IMG/VR virus record: IMGVR_UViG_3300023174_000036
Location: 1-64,000 of that record
Length of the DNA: 64,000 nt
Reading direction: 5' to 3' (one strand)
The position numbers and the translations under genes are program-made. Numbering within the stretch: position 1 is the first letter of the stretch; each line of letters starts with the position of its first letter. Under the pieces are notes generated by a model, which was not told the DNA's origin, made no database searches, and saw nothing but the letters and a program-made list of their open reading frames with translations. This document shows positions 37,283 through 47,831 of the stretch, in pieces.

Positions 37283-38071
37283 TTAACCAATTACAAAAGT
37301 ATAACCCGTGCCGCCCGCAACATAGGTTTCTAGTTCTTTATCCAGTTCTTTTAATTCGGTAGTACCTGCACTAATTAAATCTTTACCGTTTAGCTGAATG
37401 CCGCCCGAACCTGGGCCAGCAATGGTGCCAAACTTGCTACGAGCTTCGCCCAGCATGATTTTACAGTTGGCAAGCGAATAATCCTTCAACCACTGTTTAG
37501 CATAAATGTCTTGTAGTAAAACCCAGTCGGGTCGAAAATTTTGGCTCTTGATTAAAATTTGTTCGCCTTGAGCAAACGGTCGTTGAAGAATATTTAAAAT
37601 ATGACTGGTTGGTTTCCAATTGAATTCAATGAATGCACCAAACATACGACCAGCTAGTTTTTGATATCCTGCAAACATTTCATATGTGGCCAAGCCGCCC
37701 ATAGACGACCCGGTTAACAAATAAGTGTTGGTATAGGCCAAATTAAACGGTTCAAACAAAGTTCCGCCTGCGCCCATGCCAGTACGCGAACCGATAGCTC
37801 TACGGAACACACTTTGTACACTGATAATTTCGTCAGGCAGTCTATATTCGTTTACATCCTGTTGTAGTTCTAAAAAACTGTAGCTTTCTTCAACAGCATT
37901 TGGACTACGTTGTCTATATCGGTTCATAGCACGATCTAGCGCAGTTTCATAGTGGATTGGATCTAGCTCTACTTCGATCATTCCATCGCCCAGCATGGCT
38001 TTAACGTATTCAAATACTTTGTTTCGCTCTATTATCGATGATGATGTATTAGTTGGGGCTTTATCGTCCAT
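37283..38071 (-). CDS. Neck protein (gp13-like)
   Basis: LGDGMIEVELD, WLKDY..A..K..LG..RSKF..GGIQLNG. Confidence 0.85.
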   Translation of the reverse strand: MDDKAPTNTSSSIIERNKVFEYVKAMLGDGMIEVELDPIHYETALDRAMNRYRQRSPNAVEESYSFLELQQDVNEYRLPDEIISVQSVFRRAIGSRTGMGAGGTLFEPFNLAYTNTYLLTGSSMGGLATYEMFAGYQKLAGRMFGAFIEFNWKPTSHILNILQRPFAQGEQILIKSQNFRPDWVLLQDIYAKQWLKDYSLANCKIMLGEARSKFGTIAGPGSGGIQLNGKDLISAGTTELKELDKELETYVAGGTGYTFVIG

Positions 38072-38086
38072 TTTAGTTCTCCACTC

Positions 38087-38108
38087 ATATTTATCTAACG
38101 ATAAATAT
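38087..38108. promoter_or_regulatory. Back-to-back divergent late promoters
   Basis: ATATTTATC-TAAC-GATAAATAT palindrome between gp13- and gp14-like genes. Confidence 0.7.
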
Positions 38109-38111
38109 CAT

Positions 38112-39548
38112 ATGCCAAGACTATCCCTATACAAACCCGAACGTGGGCAAGATTTTAAGTTTATGGACCGACAAATATCTGAAATGTTTCAGGTTGGCGG
38201 TACTGACGTATATTTGCACAAATACATGGGTCCAAAGCTAAATGCCAACGGCACTGCCGATCAGCCTGTTATTGACTCATATAATGTAGCAAATATACAA
38301 GATTTGTTATTTTTAGAAAATCGTGATAGGAAGTATGACGAAGAAATTTATCGCATCAGGGGATGGTATAATGTTGCAAACATTGACTTTAATCTAAGTC
38401 AGTTTGGATTTTTCATTGATAATGATTCCATTTTTATGACAGTGCATATTAATGATTTTATCAAATATATTGGTCGAAAACCTATTGCAGGAGATGTATT
38501 TGAGCTGCCGCATTTGCGTGACGAATTTGCATTAAACGATTACGATATCAGTTTACCGCGTTACTATGTTATTGAAGATGTGGGCCGTGCCAGTGAAGGT
38601 TTTAGTGCAACATGGTATCCGCATTTGTATAGACTCAAGTGCAAAAAAATTGTGGATAGTCAACAATTTGCTGACATACTCAATAAACCAGCAACAGATG
38701 CCAACGGTGATCCAAGTGGTTTAACACTGAGAGAATTACTCAGCACCCACAGTAAAGAATTAGAAATCAATGATCAAATAGTTGCACAGGCAGAGGCCGA
38801 CGCTCCAAAAAGCGGATACGAAACTAGACAATTTTATACACTAGCTGTGAATGAAACCGGCAAGCCCGTGCTGTCAACAGCAGATGCTGGCAACATTGAT
38901 GCCAGCAATGCATCCAATATACGTGCAAGTAGTCAAGATGGCGTTCCTGATAGAACGGGTTACACTGGATATCTTGTAGGCGACGGGTTTCCTGTCAACG
39001 GTCTTGATTTTGGATTTGGTATACAGTTTCCTGCCACAGCCATGCAAGATGATTTCTTTTTACGCACTGACTTTTTACCTAATAGATTGTTTAGATTTGA
39101 CGGTTCTCGATGGGTCAAAGTTGAAGATGCTGTACGCATGAACATGACCAATAACGATTCAAGAAATACACAAAAGACTGGATTCATCAACAACAACAGT
39201 TACATGTATACTGATAAAGTTATTGAAGATGCGGTTACATTGACTAAGGGTACCAGTGTAATCAACACTACAATTGATTTTGCAAGAACTGCTCCTTACA
39301 TTGTTTTAAAGATAGACACATATACTATGGAATATGCTATCGCAGATTATCCAACCATGCTTACTTCTTACAGTTACACTAGTCCGTTGGGTGTAGTGTC
39401 TAACAAGATTAGAATTACATTGCCTGTTGTGGGATCTGTACAACAAACTGTTCCTTACGATGGTGTGTGGACTGCAACATTGTACAATGTAAGAATGGCG
39501 CAAAAACAAAGCCTTAGCAAGGCGCTTAGACCTAGGGCAGATTTATAA
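38112..39548 (+). CDS. Neck/head-closure protein (gp14-like), extended
   Basis: DLLFLENRDRKY, LSQFG, PIAGDVFELP; start moved to ATG 38112. Confidence 0.7.
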   Translation: MPRLSLYKPERGQDFKFMDRQISEMFQVGGTDVYLHKYMGPKLNANGTADQPVIDSYNVANIQDLLFLENRDRKYDEEIYRIRGWYNVANIDFNLSQFGFFIDNDSIFMTVHINDFIKYIGRKPIAGDVFELPHLRDEFALNDYDISLPRYYVIEDVGRASEGFSATWYPHLYRLKCKKIVDSQQFADILNKPATDANGDPSGLTLRELLSTHSKELEINDQIVAQAEADAPKSGYETRQFYTLAVNETGKPVLSTADAGNIDASNASNIRASSQDGVPDRTGYTGYLVGDGFPVNGLDFGFGIQFPATAMQDDFFLRTDFLPNRLFRFDGSRWVKVEDAVRMNMTNNDSRNTQKTGFINNNSYMYTDKVIEDAVTLTKGTSVINTTIDFARTAPYIVLKIDTYTMEYAIADYPTMLTSYSYTSPLGVVSNKIRITLPVVGSVQQTVPYDGVWTATLYNVRMAQKQSLSKALRPRADL

Positions 39549-41047
39549 TGCAACATTTTTACGACGGACAAATAAGACGTTACTTAACGCAGACAATGCG
39601 TGTGTTTAGCAATTTTGTAGTCAAGTACGGTGACGGTACTCTAGTACGCATACCAGTGCTGTACGGCGATGCAGATAGACAAGCCGCGAGTATTATAAGA
39701 CAAAACAGTGAAAATAAAATAAACAGCACTCCCCGCATTGCTGTGTATGTGTCCGAACTTAGTTTAGATAGAGATCGTTTAAGTGACAGCAGTTATGTTG
39801 GTAAAATGCATTTTAGAGAACGTGACACTCAAATTGATCCCGCTACTGGTCATGAAACATACAATCAAGCACAGGGTAGAAATTTTACTGTTGAAAGATT
39901 AATGCCAACTCCTTTTAAATTAAAATTAAAAGTTGACATATGGGCCGCAAATACAGATCAAAAATTACAAATACTTGAACAAATTTTAGTGTTGTTTAAT
40001 CCAAGCCTAGAATTGCAAACCACCGACAACTATATTGACTGGACTAGCTTAACAGTTTTAAATTTAAACGATATTAAATGGAGTAGTAGACAAGTTCCTG
40101 TGGGTAACGACACGCCAATTGATATTGCCAGTTTGGGATTAGATACTCCTATCTGGATCAGTCCGCCTGCTAAAGTCAAACATCTTGGTGTTATCACAAA
40201 AATTATCACAAGTTTTTATCAAGATTCAGACACTAGCCCAACTGGATATATTGACGGATTAGGTGAAGATCTAGCAACACCAACTACCACATTATCAACG
40301 TTGTTGTCATCAATGACCACTACAATAAGTCAATATGGCATACAAATTTACAACAAACAAGCTATACTGTTGGGATCAAGCGAAAGCGTAACTCCTCCAG
40401 AACCCACATTAGAAATTCCAGTACGTCGTGGTTCCAAAATCAATTGGCAGGAATTGTTTGATCAATATCCTGGCAAATACGTTGCGGGATCCAGCAGATT
40501 GTATTTGACTCAACCCAACGGGTCGTCAGTTGTGGGCACTATTGCAATTAATGCCTTAGATGCTAGTATTTTAACAGTTGACTGGGATCCAGATACTTTA
40601 GTTACTAACACCGGCATAGACAGCCTTGGAAGATTAGACTTTGAAGGCTCTGTTAATGATAGTCCTGGATATAATGCAAGTACTGGCTATCGTCCTAATA
40701 GTCCAGGAACATTTGATGCTATTGTTAATCCATTGACGTTTAATCCTGGCGCAGTTGCCGCTGGCACTAGATACTTAATTATTGAAGATATTGGAAACAT
40801 TATTAATGCTGATGGTGCAGATGCTTGGAAAAGCACAGGCGGTGCAGATCTCATAGCCAATGCTAACGATATTATTGAATGGACTGGCACACAGTGGCGG
40901 GTTATATTTGACAGTGTTCACAAAGCTGATGTAATGATATGGCAAACGAATATATACACTGGAGTTCAATACTTATGGAACGGAGTTTCCTGGGTCAAGA
41001 GCTTTGAAGGTGAATATAGGGCCGGCCAATGGAAGATAGAACTTTAA
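39548..41047 (+). CDS. Tail terminator / sheath stabiliser (gp15-like), extended
   Basis: FYDGQIRRY, IPVLYG, MPTPF, QILEQILVLFNP. Confidence 0.8.
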   Translation: MQHFYDGQIRRYLTQTMRVFSNFVVKYGDGTLVRIPVLYGDADRQAASIIRQNSENKINSTPRIAVYVSELSLDRDRLSDSSYVGKMHFRERDTQIDPATGHETYNQAQGRNFTVERLMPTPFKLKLKVDIWAANTDQKLQILEQILVLFNPSLELQTTDNYIDWTSLTVLNLNDIKWSSRQVPVGNDTPIDIASLGLDTPIWISPPAKVKHLGVITKIITSFYQDSDTSPTGYIDGLGEDLATPTTTLSTLLSSMTTTISQYGIQIYNKQAILLGSSESVTPPEPTLEIPVRRGSKINWQELFDQYPGKYVAGSSRLYLTQPNGSSVVGTIAINALDASILTVDWDPDTLVTNTGIDSLGRLDFEGSVNDSPGYNASTGYRPNSPGTFDAIVNPLTFNPGAVAAGTRYLIIEDIGNIINADGADAWKSTGGADLIANANDIIEWTGTQWRVIFDSVHKADVMIWQTNIYTGVQYLWNGVSWVKSFEGEYRAGQWKIEL

Positions 41048-41478
41048 CAGACAAAATTATATGTAGTGGAGCATTGATTTGTTCTCAGGATACCAATAGA
41101 TTTTTATTGTTGCAAAAAGCACACGGTAAACATGCTGGTACTTGGGGACTAGTGGGCGGCACTAATCTCGTAGGAGAAAATCCATGGCAGGGTTTGCAAC
41201 GAGAAATGGAGGAAGAGATCGGTACTCTTCCTTATATTAAAAAAACACTCCCCCTTGAAAAATTTGTCAGCAATGACAGTATTTTTAATTTTCATACATA
41301 TTTTTGTGTAGTAGAAAAAGAATTTATTCCGGTACTGAGTGCAGAACACGATGCATGGGGGTGGTTTGATCTTAGTAGATTACCAAAACCTGTACATAGA
41401 GGTCTTGATTTAAGTTTAAAAAACAAAGTCATTCAAACAAAAATACAAACTGTAATAGATATTATAGATAGTTTATAA
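41029..41478 (+). CDS. Nudix hydrolase
   Basis: GGTNLVGENPWQGLQREMEEEIG Nudix box. Confidence 0.85.
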   Translation: MEDRTLTDKIICSGALICSQDTNRFLLLQKAHGKHAGTWGLVGGTNLVGENPWQGLQREMEEEIGTLPYIKKTLPLEKFVSNDSIFNFHTYFCVVEKEFIPVLSAEHDAWGWFDLSRLPKPVHRGLDLSLKNKVIQTKIQTVIDIIDSL

Positions 41479-41481
41479 AAT

Positions 41482-41507
41482 AAAAAAGCCGCATATAGCG
41501 GCTTTTT
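41482..41507. terminator. Bidirectional terminator
   Basis: AAAAAAGCCGC-ATATA-GCGGCTTTTT between convergent genes. Confidence 0.85.
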
Positions 41508-41524
41508 GTTGAGTACAGTTTGAA

Positions 41525-44500
41525 TTAAGCCTGCGCTTCACCCCAACGTAGAACCAAGTTACAAGGAATGTTTCCTGAACCTGACGCACGGTAAACGTTA
41601 ACAGCTAGCACGTCTGGACCATTAGGATATGCACCTCGTCCGCCTAACACTGTATTTGTAAGTTCTTTCAATCCACTTAGATCCAATACGCTTTGTGTTC
41701 CTGGCGCCGCAATGAACGAGAAAACCTGCTCACCCGGTTGCGCATATGGTGGTTGTCCAAATTTGAACGTAACCGTTGTACTTGCAGGAGTAATTGTAGT
41801 AGCATCCGATGATTGGTTAAATGTCACACGATAATACTGTGTACCAAAATATGTTACCAATGATGCAGTATTAACATAGGTACTACCTGGGAATATACCG
41901 CCTTGGTTGACCTCGGTACCCACCGTAGCATTAGTTGCTTCCCAACTTGCTTTTTGGAAGAAGATCTGTGATGTTCTTGTAACTGGATAACTGTTAGTTA
42001 CCGTACAAGTGCTAACACCCGATGTTGCGCCTGTGGCATTTCTACTCATTGTTATGTAATAATACTGAACGCTGTTGAATGTTCCGTAGAAAGTAATAGC
42101 ACTGATTACTGTGTTTGCTGGAATAAAACCACCAGTTTGAGCACTGAGTGCCTGACCAGTTTGCAAACCGTTGGCAATATAAGTGGCATAGTTTGCGGCT
42201 GTAATAAACAAGTTAGGATAATTGCTCAGTGTTGAACTTGACTGTCCAGGGATAATTTCAAGAGCTAGCGTACCTGTTGGAAACGCCGCTGTTGTAATGG
42301 CACTTGTGGTTTGACTTGCGCCGCCTGCCCATACCACTGAACCACCGGAAGCAACTTGTGAGAAACTAGGCAATCCGCCAGCACCTGAAGTTTGTAGTCC
42401 GTTCCAAGTGATATCAGTAACGTTGGTTGGATAATTTTGTGGATTTAATACACCTTCAATAATCAATCCGCCAGTACCAGTGTCAGCTGTAATTTCAAGA
42501 GCTTGTAATAGTAACTGCGCACGATTCAACAGGTCTCTGTCGCCCAAATCACCAATTAGTGAGTTACTTACACTTGGTGCAAGACGAATCAAGAAAGCTG
42601 TTTGTTTGGTAGTAGTTACTTGCAAGTTTGTGCTTTGATAGTTAAACAAGTAGCCGCGATCTGAGTCAAATCCGCCGTCTTGTAAAAAGGCCGAACCCCA
42701 ATGACTGATGTTAGGTGTAGCTGTTTGACTGCAAAACAACACACCTGTGGTAGCAGTATGAGTAGCGGCCGCGCCTGCTGTGAATGTGCGTTGACTACCA
42801 GCAGTGTATATTGACAAATTGGTTGCTCTCACTGCACCTGTTAAATTACCAGCACCTGTTGTGGTGCTCTTGCCAGTGTAGGCAATCAATTCGTTATCAA
42901 TATAAACTGTTCCAGCTGTTGGGAACAGTGTTAGGTCTGCCACTGGAATTGTGTTTGCCACAGCATCAATAGTTGCTGTCAACTGACTTCTTGCGCCTTC
43001 ATTCAGCACTTCATAACGAACTGGACTGTTACCTGAACGCTGATATGCTTCTCTGTTTACGTTGTTGCCTTTGAGTCTGTGTACAAATATGTACTTGCCT
43101 TCTGGACCTCTTAGCATAAAATCAATAAATCCAGCGCCATACCAAGTCCATTGCAAGCCAATCATCTGCATTCTACCAGGTAAGATATTGAAACCGCTTG
43201 GATTGAATGGGCCGTTAGATCCGTCGCAACGGTCAATGTTCCACTTACTTTGTGGCACTATATAATCAATGGTCTTTGCAATCTTAATACCCAATGCAGT
43301 ATTAACACCGCGATAGTCTGGGCTCATGGTCAAACTGGTGTCGTTTGTAATACCAGTAACAATGTGTGTCATTCCGCGAATAACAATACGATCACCCACT
43401 GTCAACTGACTGGTAAATCGTGTGTTCACTCCGTTTAATAAATTACTGTCTGGAATTGCTGTTACGTTACCAGATATTTGGAATGTGCTTGAACGTTTGC
43501 CAACGGCCATGGTCTGGCCGTCATACTGCCAAAACTGTCCATTTTGATCATCAAATGTGCCTGCACGAACAACAGAGCCTGTCCATCTTTCAACAACCAC
43601 AAAACTTGGGCCGTCTAATGCCGCAGTGGTTCCGCCAAGTACGCTTTTGGCAGTTACCGTAAATGTACGTTCATCAACAATAGTGGCCACAGTGTATGTG
43701 TCCATGTAGCCTGAAGTGAATATGCCCCACAAGCTGATAGTTGCACCCACTTGAAGATTATGATCAACATCATCTGTAGTTACGGTAATAGTACTGCCAA
43801 TTGTGGTGCCGCTTGCAGTAACCAGTTTTAAATCATAGTTTGGTGCAAACAACGCACCGGTGTTGTAGTTAATGGCCTTACCAGATTGGTAACGAATATA
43901 TTTCTTGCTCATACGAATTGCCTGAGCACCGTATGCTGGACTACCTGTGCTTAAAATAACGCCGCCGTCAAGTGGACGATGCTGATAGAACGCATCTGGA
44001 CGAGCATAAACTACACCACCAAGTGTGCCAGTAATCACGGCAGCGGCTCTACTTGTGTAAGTAAATGTTGTAGGTGTTGGCACTGATTCAATAAAATATG
44101 GGCCGCCTGCAACTTTGTGATTTTGTGTGTCGCCTGCATCACTGCTGATACTTACTATAATTGTACTGCCAGGAAGTAGTCCATGAGCATTGGGAAAAGT
44201 CACTGTGATAACCGGAGTTGCGGCACCTGAATATGCAAATGACGGTGCACTGATTGATGCACCAGTATAAAAGCCGCCTTTACGCAATTGAATATATGAT
44301 GTGTACAGTGTGTCGCCACTGTTACCCACTGCGGCTTTTGCATAGTAGGTGAAGCTACTGGTTGACGGTGTTGAGAAAATAGTAAACGATCCTTCTGCGC
44401 GGCTAAATCCTGTAACGCCTGTGCTGAGACCTTTGATAGTGAATGGTTGTCCAACTACCATACTGTGCAGTGAACTTGTGGTCACTGTGATTAAACTTGC

Positions 44501-45019
44501 ACCAGTAGCGCCGTTGGTTGTGATGGCACTAACTGTCATGTCAGTGCCAGGAATTTCATAGATGCTTGGATAGCCACGAAGCATACTGACTGCTTGCCAT
44601 TTGGTACCTTGCAATCCGTATTCAAAGTCAGCGTCTAGCATGGAGTAAGGCTGTGAAACACGAGTACGTTCAAACGCATCTGTACCCATTTCCCAAGGAC
44701 GCACTGTTTGTATTGGCTCTTCGCGGAAAATTTGGATAGCGTCGTTGGCGCTGTGTCCTACACTGCTTACTGCAAGAGTAATTGTTGTGATACCGTCTGT
44801 GTTATCCAACACTGTTGTAAAGTTGCTATCATTGGCTCGACTGAAGCTGATTGCAGTATTGGCGTTGGTTGTGTCGGCAAAATTGTAATAAATTATGTTT
44901 CGTGTGGTATTGGTAATAATTAACAGTTGATTTAAATCAACTTTACCTGGTACCTTAATCGTGCCTACACCTGCCGCGCCTGGCGTAAAAACATATTGTC
45001 TGATCTGACTTTTAGCCAT
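41525..45019 (-). CDS. Large virion structural / fibre-like protein
   Basis: 1164 aa, Thr/Gly/Ser-rich repeated beta modules; CTAAATA and GGAG upstream. Confidence 0.75.
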   Translation of the reverse strand: MAKSQIRQYVFTPGAAGVGTIKVPGKVDLNQLLIITNTTRNIIYYNFADTTNANTAISFSRANDSNFTTVLDNTDGITTITLAVSSVGHSANDAIQIFREEPIQTVRPWEMGTDAFERTRVSQPYSMLDADFEYGLQGTKWQAVSMLRGYPSIYEIPGTDMTVSAITTNGATGASLITVTTSSLHSMVVGQPFTIKGLSTGVTGFSRAEGSFTIFSTPSTSSFTYYAKAAVGNSGDTLYTSYIQLRKGGFYTGASISAPSFAYSGAATPVITVTFPNAHGLLPGSTIIVSISSDAGDTQNHKVAGGPYFIESVPTPTTFTYTSRAAAVITGTLGGVVYARPDAFYQHRPLDGGVILSTGSPAYGAQAIRMSKKYIRYQSGKAINYNTGALFAPNYDLKLVTASGTTIGSTITVTTDDVDHNLQVGATISLWGIFTSGYMDTYTVATIVDERTFTVTAKSVLGGTTAALDGPSFVVVERWTGSVVRAGTFDDQNGQFWQYDGQTMAVGKRSSTFQISGNVTAIPDSNLLNGVNTRFTSQLTVGDRIVIRGMTHIVTGITNDTSLTMSPDYRGVNTALGIKIAKTIDYIVPQSKWNIDRCDGSNGPFNPSGFNILPGRMQMIGLQWTWYGAGFIDFMLRGPEGKYIFVHRLKGNNVNREAYQRSGNSPVRYEVLNEGARSQLTATIDAVANTIPVADLTLFPTAGTVYIDNELIAYTGKSTTTGAGNLTGAVRATNLSIYTAGSQRTFTAGAAATHTATTGVLFCSQTATPNISHWGSAFLQDGGFDSDRGYLFNYQSTNLQVTTTKQTAFLIRLAPSVSNSLIGDLGDRDLLNRAQLLLQALEITADTGTGGLIIEGVLNPQNYPTNVTDITWNGLQTSGAGGLPSFSQVASGGSVVWAGGASQTTSAITTAAFPTGTLALEIIPGQSSSTLSNYPNLFITAANYATYIANGLQTGQALSAQTGGFIPANTVISAITFYGTFNSVQYYYITMSRNATGATSGVSTCTVTNSYPVTRTSQIFFQKASWEATNATVGTEVNQGGIFPGSTYVNTASLVTYFGTQYYRVTFNQSSDATTITPASTTVTFKFGQPPYAQPGEQVFSFIAAPGTQSVLDLSGLKELTNTVLGGRGAYPNGPDVLAVNVYRASGSGNIPCNLVLRWGEAQA

Positions 45020-45087
45020 TTATACTATCTCCAATGTATTAAGTTTATTTAGCTTAAATGCAGGGTTCATACTGTAACCTGGGCATT

Positions 45088-45864
45088 TTAGCGTCCTGTG
45101 AAATAAGCAAACATTATGCTGTTTTCCACGTATCTCTTTGTAGCCAACTGACTTGAGTTTGAATTCCATTTTTCGTCCGGTGCTGTGACCGTTGCTGAAG
45201 TGAATCTACCAGTTGATGCAGTGGTTGTGCCAACTGCTGTATTATCTATTGTGCCAGTTACGGCTGGGTTAACTGTTATAGTACCTGTGCCAGTTGGGCT
45301 AAATGTTATAGACTGGTTGGTTGCTGTTGCACTGATTTGCCCAATTAAGTTAGTAGCAACGCCTGCAGTTCCAAGTGTTATTGATCCAGTTGGGCTGACA
45401 GTTACACTGCCGCCAGGACTAACAGTTACACTGCCAGTTGGACTAATTGTGGCGCTGTTGGTAACTGATAGTGTGCTGAATCTACCAGTAGCTGATGTTG
45501 TAGCACCAATGTTTATATTGTTAATGTTACCCGTAACGCTGGGAGACATAGTAACTGTGCCAGTTGGGCTAAGGGTTACTGTGCCAGTTGGACTGAGAGT
45601 TACATTTCCAGTTCCTGCTAGGCTAACTGTTCCTGCAACATTTAAACCGGTCAATGTTCCTAAAATATTAACAACACTTGATCCTAAAGTTGTTCGACTT
45701 AATAATAAATCTCCAGACGATCCTATATAAGATCCTTGCGTTAATTCAAGACGAGATCCAGTGACTGTTATTGTTTGTGTTATTAAATTTCCAGTGGAAT
45801 CTACAACGAAATACGGGCTAGTATATCCGCTTGCTGATCTAAATAGTTCGTAAACAGTACTCAT
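45088..45864 (-). CDS. Fibre-like repeat protein (SPTGT repeats)
   Basis: VTLSPTGT repeats; LATKRYV collar-like motif. Confidence 0.7.
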   Translation of the reverse strand: MSTVYELFRSASGYTSPYFVVDSTGNLITQTITVTGSRLELTQGSYIGSSGDLLLSRTTLGSSVVNILGTLTGLNVAGTVSLAGTGNVTLSPTGTVTLSPTGTVTMSPSVTGNINNINIGATTSATGRFSTLSVTNSATISPTGSVTVSPGGSVTVSPTGSITLGTAGVATNLIGQISATATNQSITFSPTGTGTITVNPAVTGTIDNTAVGTTTASTGRFTSATVTAPDEKWNSNSSQLATKRYVENSIMFAYFTGR

Positions 45865-45874
45865 AAATTTCTCA

Positions 45875-46549
45875 TTAACTCATTATCATACCGTAGGCAG
45901 CGGCCAAAGCCGCGGCATATCCCACGGTAACTGCACTGGAGGCACCTGCTGGTTGTGCTGTCATTCTAACTGTGGTAAATCGACCAGCTAGCGGCGCACC
46001 AAGGCCAACGCTAACATTATTCATACTACCAGTTTGTGCGGGATTAATAGTTACTAAACCAGTACCAGTTGGGCTTATACTGATGTTGGCGTTGTTGCCG
46101 TTAAATGACACGTTGCCGGTTGAAGACAAAATAGTGAATGTTGCAGGTGCTGGTGTTGTTGCTCCAAAAACAACATTATTAATATTGCCAGTCACTGTGG
46201 GATTCACAGTTAGCGTGCCAGTTCCAGTTGGACTGATAACAATATTGGCATTGTTTGGGCTAAAATTCACTGTTGACAATGCTGTCAATCCGTTAAATGT
46301 GCCTGCTGCCGGTGCAATAGCACCAATAACAATATTGTTGATTGCACCAGTAACTGTGGGATTCGCTGTTAAAGAATTAGTCACAGTTAAATCTGTAATA
46401 GTTCCGCTGGTATTAAGAGTTACAGTATTGGTAACTGCATTGGTCGTAACAGAAATGCCGCCAGCTGGCTGAATAGTAAGTGTGTTATTTGTTGAATTAA
46501 GACCAATAGTGGGTTGGCCAGCTACTGCTAAGTAGGTATATCCGTTCAT
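45875..46549 (-). CDS. Fibre-like repeat protein, paralogue
   Basis: ISPTGTG..T.NP...G.INN..G...P..G.F repeats. Confidence 0.7.
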   Translation of the reverse strand: MNGYTYLAVAGQPTIGLNSTNNTLTIQPAGGISVTTNAVTNTVTLNTSGTITDLTVTNSLTANPTVTGAINNIVIGAIAPAAGTFNGLTALSTVNFSPNNANIVISPTGTGTLTVNPTVTGNINNVVFGATTPAPATFTILSSTGNVSFNGNNANISISPTGTGLVTINPAQTGSMNNVSVGLGAPLAGRFTTVRMTAQPAGASSAVTVGYAAALAAAYGMIMS

Positions 46550-47739
46550 ACTGATGCTCCAAGTAGTATAGATTTCAATTGACTCAAGGCTATCAAATAC
46601 TCGCCCTGTGTTGATGTTGATTCTATTGTGATAGTAGTAAATTGTGCTGGCGCTGGAGTTGTTAATCCAATAGTTACATTGTGCATAGCTCCTGGTACAG
46701 CTGGGTTTATAGTCAATGTGCCTGTGCCAATTGGACTAATAGTTATAGTTTGACTATCGGCAAATGTCACATGTCCGTTTGCTGACAAACTACTAAATGT
46801 TCCAGCCCTTGGTGTAGTTGAGCCAACACGTACATTATTAACATTCCCCGGTGTAGCAGGATTAAATGTCACTGTACCGCTGCCAGTTGGCGACATGGTT
46901 ATTTGTTGATTGCCGTCTGTCATAGTGACTGAGCCACTGGCCGACAGTTGTGTAAATGTTCCCGGCTTGTTATTAGTACTGCCAATAGCTACATTGTTTA
47001 AGGCGCCACCACTTGTTGGATTAATAACAAATGAATTACTAATTGCCAAATCAGTAATACTTGTCAAATTAAGTGTAAGTGTATTTGAAGTAGCGTTTGT
47101 TGTAATTGTTAGCGAACCGTCTGTGTTAACAAAATTCATTTTTGAAAATACAAAATCAGACGTTAGTGTGCTTTGTCCAGGAACTACAATATTGTTTATA
47201 GCACTTACTATAATAGACCCAGCATCATCAAGTTCTAAAAAGCCGTTGGGCAAATTAGAATTATTCCAGTTTCTCAACACACCCGCTTCACCGCCAAGAT
47301 TGGTTGCATCGCCCGTTACTGTAGGAATCCCAATAGGATTTAATCTTTCAGAATACGTTGCTTTGAATGTTAATTTGATATCCGCTAATGGAGTAACGCC
47401 ATCTGGTTGAAAATAAGGTGTTGCTATCAGTGTAATTCTTGAATTGTCAGAAGTTGCTGTGAACTTGACTAGATCTATTCCCAAGTTAAGTCTACCATAA
47501 CTCATTACGGATACTTCGTTTACTCGGGCTGAGACTAACAAGTTCACGTGTTCAACATCGTTGACTCCACGCTCGATTACAATCTCGTAAGCCGCTGTTG
47601 AGAACTCGCCTGCCATCCACTGATCAACCACCGTGGTATTAGGCACACGTATTTCTTGCCCTTTAAAGGAAAAATTTGCGCCGTTTCTAAGTTTAAGAGT
47701 GTTTCTTAAACCCTTTATAAAAAAATCAGAAAAGTTCAT
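46546..47739 (-). CDS. Fibre-like repeat protein, paralogue with extra N-terminal domain
   Basis: Same repeat; ATAAATA 47760-47766. Confidence 0.7.
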   Translation of the reverse strand: MNFSDFFIKGLRNTLKLRNGANFSFKGQEIRVPNTTVVDQWMAGEFSTAAYEIVIERGVNDVEHVNLLVSARVNEVSVMSYGRLNLGIDLVKFTATSDNSRITLIATPYFQPDGVTPLADIKLTFKATYSERLNPIGIPTVTGDATNLGGEAGVLRNWNNSNLPNGFLELDDAGSIIVSAINNIVVPGQSTLTSDFVFSKMNFVNTDGSLTITTNATSNTLTLNLTSITDLAISNSFVINPTSGGALNNVAIGSTNNKPGTFTQLSASGSVTMTDGNQQITMSPTGSGTVTFNPATPGNVNNVRVGSTTPRAGTFSSLSANGHVTFADSQTITISPIGTGTLTINPAVPGAMHNVTIGLTTPAPAQFTTITIESTSTQGEYLIALSQLKSILLGASV

Positions 47740-47831
47740 AGAGTCTCGCCATTACAGTGTATTTATTCATAGTCAGGATTATTGGTCAGCCTCTTAAAAA
47801 CTGCTAAATTACTATAACTAAGGAGTTAAAC

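Noticed and set aside
45185-47410. Long plus-strand Val/Pro/Leu-rich ORFs (also 24814, 35061, 59030-59674)
   Set aside because: Antisense shadows of Thr/Gly/Ala-rich genes
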